This document shows positions 59,164-64,000 of a stretch of 64,000 nt of DNA, one piece after another. Position numbers and translations under genes: made by a program. The DNA comes from Ignavibacteria bacterium (GTDB lineage: Bacteria; Bacteroidota; Ignavibacteria; Kapaibacteriales; Kapaibacteriaceae): the NCBI GenBank assembly GCA_015709655.1, contig CP054181.1, positions 173,262 to 237,261 of the forward strand, given 5' to 3'. The notes beneath the pieces were generated by a model. That model was not told the DNA's origin. It saw nothing but the letters and a program-made list of their open reading frames with translations, and did no database searches. Position 1 is the stretch's first letter. Every line of letters begins with the position of its first letter.

Positions 59164-59993
59164 AGGTAGGGATTGTTGGAGCAGGCGTCATGGGACGCGG
59201 TATTGCGTTGGCTGCTCTCCAGGCAAGGCATAGCGTCATTCTGGTAGATGCCAGGACCGAGGCTGCCAAGCAGGCTGTTTCCTGGATTAGCCAACAGCTT
59301 CAGAAATCGGTAGAAAAAGGTAAGCTTACGGAGAAGGATGCTACTTCTGCGGCGGACGCTATATCCACATGTTCTGATGTTAAGGGGCTTGAGCACTGTG
59401 AACTGGTTATTGAAGCAATCGTTGAACGCTACGATGCAAAGGTTGCTTTGTTTACCGAGCTTGAGAACATCATCTCTGCTGATACTGTCCTTGCCACCAA
59501 TACGTCGAGTATTGCAATAGCAGCCATTGCCAAAGAACTTCAGCATCCGGAACGGTTTATCGGTTTGCATTTTTTTAATCCGGCTCATATCATGAAACTG
59601 GTAGAAGTCATCAGGTGCAGACATACGACCGATGCCGTCCATACGGTTGCGGTTCAGTTTGCCCAGGGCCTTGGCAAAACCGCAGTGTCGGCATCTGATA
59701 CACCCGGCTTCATTGTCAACCGCATCGCCAGGAATTTTTACAATGAGGCACAGCGCATTGTAACCGAGGGAGCTGCCACCATTGATCAGGTTGATGCATC
59801 GATTCGGGGTCTCGGTTTTAAAATGGGTCCATTTGAGCTGATGGATTTAATCGGCACATCAACCAACCTTGATGTTACGGTTAGCCAGTGGCAGCAGTTT
59901 TATTACGAGCCACGATTCCAGCCGTCGGTCCTTCAAAAACACACGGTCGATGCCGGACTGAAGTTTCATGCCACACGTAAGGACAAGGAATAG
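59160..59993 (+). CDS. 3-hydroxyacyl-CoA (3-hydroxybutyryl-CoA) dehydrogenase family protein
   Basis: 277 aa with NAD motif GIVGAGVMGRGIA, catalytic region TNTSS...GLHFFNPAHIMKLVEV, and the C-terminal dimerisation domain. ATGA overlap with the kbl stop. Confidence 0.85.
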   Translation: MKVGIVGAGVMGRGIALAALQARHSVILVDARTEAAKQAVSWISQQLQKSVEKGKLTEKDATSAADAISTCSDVKGLEHCELVIEAIVERYDAKVALFTELENIISADTVLATNTSSIAIAAIAKELQHPERFIGLHFFNPAHIMKLVEVIRCRHTTDAVHTVAVQFAQGLGKTAVSASDTPGFIVNRIARNFYNEAQRIVTEGAATIDQVDASIRGLGFKMGPFELMDLIGTSTNLDVTVSQWQQFYYEPRFQPSVLQKHTVDAGLKFHATRKDKE

Positions 59994-60031
59994 TTAACGT
60001 ATGGTAATAGCATCTGCATTAGTCGTTATCA

Positions 60032-61246
60032 TTGCGGTATAGCACAGTGCTGCTGCTATACTGGACGATTGCAAAACGCTTCTCGCGTTCTCTGCGCACC
60101 GATGGGTTTGCCCGCTTTACGGCTATAGCCAGTATCGCGTCGATTGCCATTGGCTGCTTTGCCGTCATCGTTAGCATGTCCGTTCTGCGCGGTTACGAGG
60201 AGCAAATTCTTGAAGTAGCCCTACGTTTCACCTCGCATATTGAGATTCGTCCGGCAGATGGTTCGGATTTAATTCTGCACAATTCTACTATCCGGACGAT
60301 TAAGGGTGTTCGCGGTGTGATTGATGCCGAGCCGGTTTTGCTGCGCGAAGCACTTGCTCGTACACGAGGCGGTGCTGACGGTGTGATTGTACAGGGACTG
60401 CCTGAGGGCAGGCTAAGGCGACTCTTGCCAGGAACTCTTGTTCGCGGGAATCTTCCGGCAACGGCTGGTGAAGGTGTTGTTGGAAGTGAACTAGCACGCA
60501 CTCTGGCACTTGATATTGGTGACACGCTGGCATTGTTTTCCGCTTCTGCAGCAAGCACGGTACCCACGGTAGCCGGCTTGCGAGTGTGCGGTATCTTTAC
60601 CTCGGGCATGAGTTCGGTAGATGGAGCTTCGGTGATCACCAATACCCAAACCCTGCGGCAGGCGTTCGGCATGCCTCCAACAGCCGTTAGTATGATTGCT
60701 GTAGAACTGAACAATCCCAGCAAGGCCTACCGTGTTGCTGCACGCTTATTGCACGTAGTTCCGGGTAACACGATGCTGATTCCATGGCAAGATCGGTATG
60801 CATCAATTTCGGGATGGATTGAGCTTCAGAAAAAGCCCATCCCAATCATTATGGGATTAATCTGTATCGTGGCAATCTTTACCACCATAAGCAGCTTACT
60901 GGTTTCAGTTGTTCTAAAAACGCGGTCGCTTGCTATTCTGGCATCGCTTGGCATGAGTTCAAACTCTCTGATGATGGTGGTACTTATCCGCGCACTTCGA
61001 ATTGGCATCAGCGGCTCAGTGCTTGGCAGTGCAATGGCCTTGTTACTGACCTGGGTTCAGCATACGTGGAAGGTGATCTCTCTTGATGGAACAGTGTACT
61101 ACCTGTCGTCACTCCCGGTGTCGCTCAACGCGTGGATTTTCATTACGGTACCAATGATTACCATCGTCCTCTCGGCCGTAGCAGCAGTCGTCCCCATGCT
61201 GCGTATCTCCCGACTTTCGGTATCACGGGTTCTTCGGTGGTCCTGA
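60032..61246 (+). CDS. LolC/LolE-type ABC transporter permease (MacB_PCD + FtsX domains)
   Basis: 404 aa with a TTG start. Layout is TM1, a periplasmic domain of about 200 aa, then three C-terminal TM helices (FtsX-like). Confidence 0.8.
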   Translation: MRYSTVLLLYWTIAKRFSRSLRTDGFARFTAIASIASIAIGCFAVIVSMSVLRGYEEQILEVALRFTSHIEIRPADGSDLILHNSTIRTIKGVRGVIDAEPVLLREALARTRGGADGVIVQGLPEGRLRRLLPGTLVRGNLPATAGEGVVGSELARTLALDIGDTLALFSASAASTVPTVAGLRVCGIFTSGMSSVDGASVITNTQTLRQAFGMPPTAVSMIAVELNNPSKAYRVAARLLHVVPGNTMLIPWQDRYASISGWIELQKKPIPIIMGLICIVAIFTTISSLLVSVVLKTRSLAILASLGMSSNSLMMVVLIRALRIGISGSVLGSAMALLLTWVQHTWKVISLDGTVYYLSSLPVSLNAWIFITVPMITIVLSAVAAVVPMLRISRLSVSRVLRWS

Positions 61247-61257
61247 TGTGTGTCCGG

Positions 61258-61773
61258 TCAGCCGTCGGCCGATCCATCGTCACCATGATAGGCATCGTCA
61301 GCCGATGAAAGTGCAGCCGTTGTGGCAGTGGCATCCGGACAATCCTTTCGAATCCGGCTTTCGTCAAACAAATACCAGTCAACACTGATTCTCCCGGGGC
61401 CCATAAAGAACACGTATAGGGCAAGCACCATGATCAGGAAGGGTTTATCGGCGGATTCCAGGAAGGGCATCTGTGCCCACCAGATAAAGGTGATAATAAA
61501 AAATTGTACAATAACGGCAAAAGAGGTAATCCGTGTAAATAAGCCAACAGTGAGTAGTATTCCTCCTGCAAACTCAATGAACACGGCAAGAAAGGCCTGC
61601 AGTTCGGCCATTGGCCATCCTCGGAGTGCCACAACAGCAATAAACTTGTCCAGGCCGTTAAACAGCTTTGCGCCACCGTGGCCAATAAGCAATATCCCCA
61701 GTACAACACGCAGTATGGTTGGCCATGCAGCTGAAGCCATCGGCTTCATCAGTAACGGAAAAAACTTCTGCAC
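61258..61773 (-). CDS. DoxX-family membrane protein
   Basis: 171 aa with four TM helices and the block LIGHGGAKLF, typical of DoxX. Confidence 0.8.
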   Translation of the reverse strand: MQKFFPLLMKPMASAAWPTILRVVLGILLIGHGGAKLFNGLDKFIAVVALRGWPMAELQAFLAVFIEFAGGILLTVGLFTRITSFAVIVQFFIITFIWWAQMPFLESADKPFLIMVLALYVFFMGPGRISVDWYLFDESRIRKDCPDATATTAALSSADDAYHGDDGSADG

Positions 61774-61814
61774 AATGCCTCCTTGTAAGTTTTCAGTGTG
61801 GGTTTGTTCACCTA

Positions 61815-64000
61815 TTACACAGCAATGTCTTCACCTTCCAGAATAGCTGGTATCGCATTCTCGTACACGTTCCTGAGTTCGTGGATCGGCTCGGAAATCA
61901 GATTTGTCACCGTCAGGTTCGTTGTTCCTGTTGTTCCCAGAACAATAAATGGCACCTTGCTTTGCTCTGCCATCTGCTGAAGCATCGCAAGCCCGGTGTC
62001 TGACACTTCCACCAGAATCCTGCTTTGTGCTTCACCAAACAGGTTGCCAGCATTATGGTCAAACGGTATCGTAACCGTACACCCGATGCCACCCATACAC
62101 ATCTCGGTAAGCGCAACAAGCAAGCCCCCTTCCGAACAATCGTGAGCAGAACTGATCAGGTGTCCGCGAATCCCGGCAAGCACCAGTCGCTGCAGTCTGT
62201 ACTCGTTTTCCATATCCAGGTGCGGTGCATCGCCAACGGTGCGTTTACGGATTACTTTTCCGTATTCACTGCCGCCAAGTTCGGCCGTTTGCCAGCCCAG
62301 GAGCACAACGGCAGTATTGTCTTCGGTAAAGGTATTTCCGACAGTGTCCTGAAGATTATCAATTAGGCCAAGCATGCCTATCGTTGGCGTTGGATAAATA
62401 GCGTGCTGTTGACTTTCGTTGTGGAAGCTTACATTGCCGCCGGTAACCGGTGTATCAAGCACCCTGCACATATCTCCCATTCCACGAATAACTTCTGCAA
62501 ACTGCCAATACACCTCGGGATCGTATGGGTTTCCAAAATTCAAACAATTGGTAATTGCCACCGGCTCGGCACCAACGCAAATACAGTTCCGGGCAGCTTC
62601 AGCCACGGCAATGGCACCGCCCAGATACGGATTCAGATATGCATACCTCGAATTACAGTCGGTAGTAACCGCAATTCCCTTTCCGGGAAGTTCCTTGATT
62701 CGCAGAACCGCAGCGTCGGCATTAGCACGCATCACGGTGTTTGTGCCTACCTGCGAGTCATACTGTTCATAAACCCAGCGCTTTGAAGCAATCGTTGGTG
62801 AAGCAAGAAGTGTGCGCAGTGTTTCGGAGCACTCGGTTGTGCTAAGGATGGGACCAGCATCAATGTTCTTGCGGGTAAGTTCAAGATATTTGGGTTGTTG
62901 CTGCTCTCTCACGTACACCGGGGCACCACCGCCAAGAACAAGTGAGGCGGCCGGGATCGATGCTTCAACAACATTGCGATAGCGCACCTCCAGACGTCCG
63001 TCAGCAGTTACCTCGCCTATCTCGGCAAAGGGTACATCCCATTTTGAACAAATCTGCTGCGCCTGTTGTTCCATGCCGGCATGCACAACCACCAACATGC
63101 GTTCCTGACTTTCGCTGAGCATGATTTCGTAAGCAGTCATGTCAGCTTCGCGGAGAGGAACCTTGTCAAGGTCAATCATCATGCCTACACCGCCCTTTTC
63201 GCTCATCTCACTTGTAGAGCAACTAATGCCGGCTGCCCCCATATCCTGCATGCCATACACCACGCCGGCCTGGATGAGTTCCAGACTTGCCTCAAGAAGT
63301 AACTTTTCTGCAAAGGGATCGCCTACCTGGACGGTTGGACGCATATTCTCCGTCATGCTGTCAAACTCGCGTGATGCAAGAAGCGATGCACCGTGAATTC
63401 CGTCCCGTCCCGTAGAACTCCCCATGATATAAACTTTATTACCAATGCCTCCTGCCGTGGCACTTGCCATTCTATCCTTATGAACAATGCCAACAGCCAT
63501 GGCATTCACCAGCGGGTTATCGGTATAACACCGTTCAAAGTACACTTCGCCGGCTACTGTAGGCACGCCGAAACAATTTCCGTAGTGACCAATGCCACTA
63601 ACAACGCCCTTCATTAAATATTTGGTGCGTTCGGTATTGAGTTCGCCAAACCGAAGCGAGTTGAGTGCCGCTATCGGCCGTGCCCCCATGGTGAAGATGT
63701 CGCGCAGAATTCCGCCAACGCCGGTGGCCGCACCCTGGAATGGCTCAACTGCCGAGGGGTGGTTATGCGATTCAATTTTAAAGGCAATGCCATAGCCCCC
63801 TCCAATATCAACGACGCCTGCGTTCTCCTGTCCGGCTTCCACCAGCAAGCGTCCACCTGACCGTGGCAATGTTTTCAGTTGCAGAATACTGTTTTTGTAT
63901 GAGCAGTGTTCGCTCCACATCACCGAGAAGATGCCTAATTCGGTGTAGGTTGGTGTTCGTCCAAGGATTTCAAGGATGCTTTGATACTCGTTGGCTGTTA
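61815..64000 (-). CDS. purL: phosphoribosylformylglycinamidine synthase subunit PurL (FGAM synthase II), 5'-partial
   Basis: The frame stays open beyond the track start: upstream codons read ...[36 protein letters not shown], which is conserved PurL N-terminal sequence. The true start therefore lies past position 64000. Confidence 0.92.
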   Translation of the reverse strand, partial: TANEYQSILEILGRTPTYTELGIFSVMWSEHCSYKNSILQLKTLPRSGGRLLVEAGQENAGVVDIGGGYGIAFKIESHNHPSAVEPFQGAATGVGGILRDIFTMGARPIAALNSLRFGELNTERTKYLMKGVVSGIGHYGNCFGVPTVAGEVYFERCYTDNPLVNAMAVGIVHKDRMASATAGGIGNKVYIMGSSTGRDGIHGASLLASREFDSMTENMRPTVQVGDPFAEKLLLEASLELIQAGVVYGMQDMGAAGISCSTSEMSEKGGVGMMIDLDKVPLREADMTAYEIMLSESQERMLVVVHAGMEQQAQQICSKWDVPFAEIGEVTADGRLEVRYRNVVEASIPAASLVLGGGAPVYVREQQQPKYLELTRKNIDAGPILSTTECSETLRTLLASPTIASKRWVYEQYDSQVGTNTVMRANADAAVLRIKELPGKGIAVTTDCNSRYAYLNPYLGGAIAVAEAARNCICVGAEPVAITNCLNFGNPYDPEVYWQFAEVIRGMGDMCRVLDTPVTGGNVSFHNESQQHAIYPTPTIGMLGLIDNLQDTVGNTFTEDNTAVVLLGWQTAELGGSEYGKVIRKRTVGDAPHLDMENEYRLQRLVLAGIRGHLISSAHDCSEGGLLVALTEMCMGGIGCTVTIPFDHNAGNLFGEAQSRILVEVSDTGLAMLQQMAEQSKVPFIVLGTTGTTNLTVTNLISEPIHELRNVYENAIPAILEGEDIAV

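Overview
This is a dense window (about 90% coding) of mostly housekeeping chromosome from a Gram-negative bacterium that uses the standard genetic code. The organism probably belongs to the FCB superphylum (Ignavibacteriota, Chlorobi or Bacteroidota-like), which is an inference. It rests on four proteins ending in T9SS-type C-terminal sorting domains (YPNP motif), a TonB-dependent receptor, LptB, LolC/E, recurring TAnnTTTG-like promoter motifs, and hpf-hprK. I call about 58 CDS, including valS, priA, pyrG, purL (partial), nuoF, nadD, tgt, mnmA, ribBA, greA, accD, yajC, hprK, hpf, phoH, cdaA, pcm, kbl and lptB. I also call two tRNAs (Asp-GTC, Ala-GGC) and several rho-independent terminators. 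Two real genes run off the window edges and so are missing or truncated in the ORF track: a secreted protein at 1-621 (minus) and purL at 61815-64000 (minus). I found no rRNA, CRISPR array, transposase or integrase, prophage, or recognisable defence or toxin-antitoxin genes, so I cannot point to a convincing self-contained novel system. Four things seem worth a second look. (1) A single 842-codon frame fuses a complete MiaA to a complete PBP4-type DD-peptidase through a signal-peptide-like hydrophobic segment. (2) A two-gene operon encodes a coiled-coil lipoprotein and a coiled-coil LysM protein that share a DL(S/T)(S/T)-x3-D(I/L)(K/R)KCN motif. (3) A slightly AT-richer three-gene module encodes a small secreted protein, an ECF sigma factor, and a membrane-anchored anti-sigma-like protein with a T9SS-type C-terminal domain. 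(4) Several translationally coupled gene chains join functions not usually linked: nuoF-nadD-sugar permease, hpf-hprK-peptide SBP-AlbA_2 regulator, and kbl-3-hydroxyacyl-CoA dehydrogenase. All functional calls come from motif recognition by eye; no database search was run.
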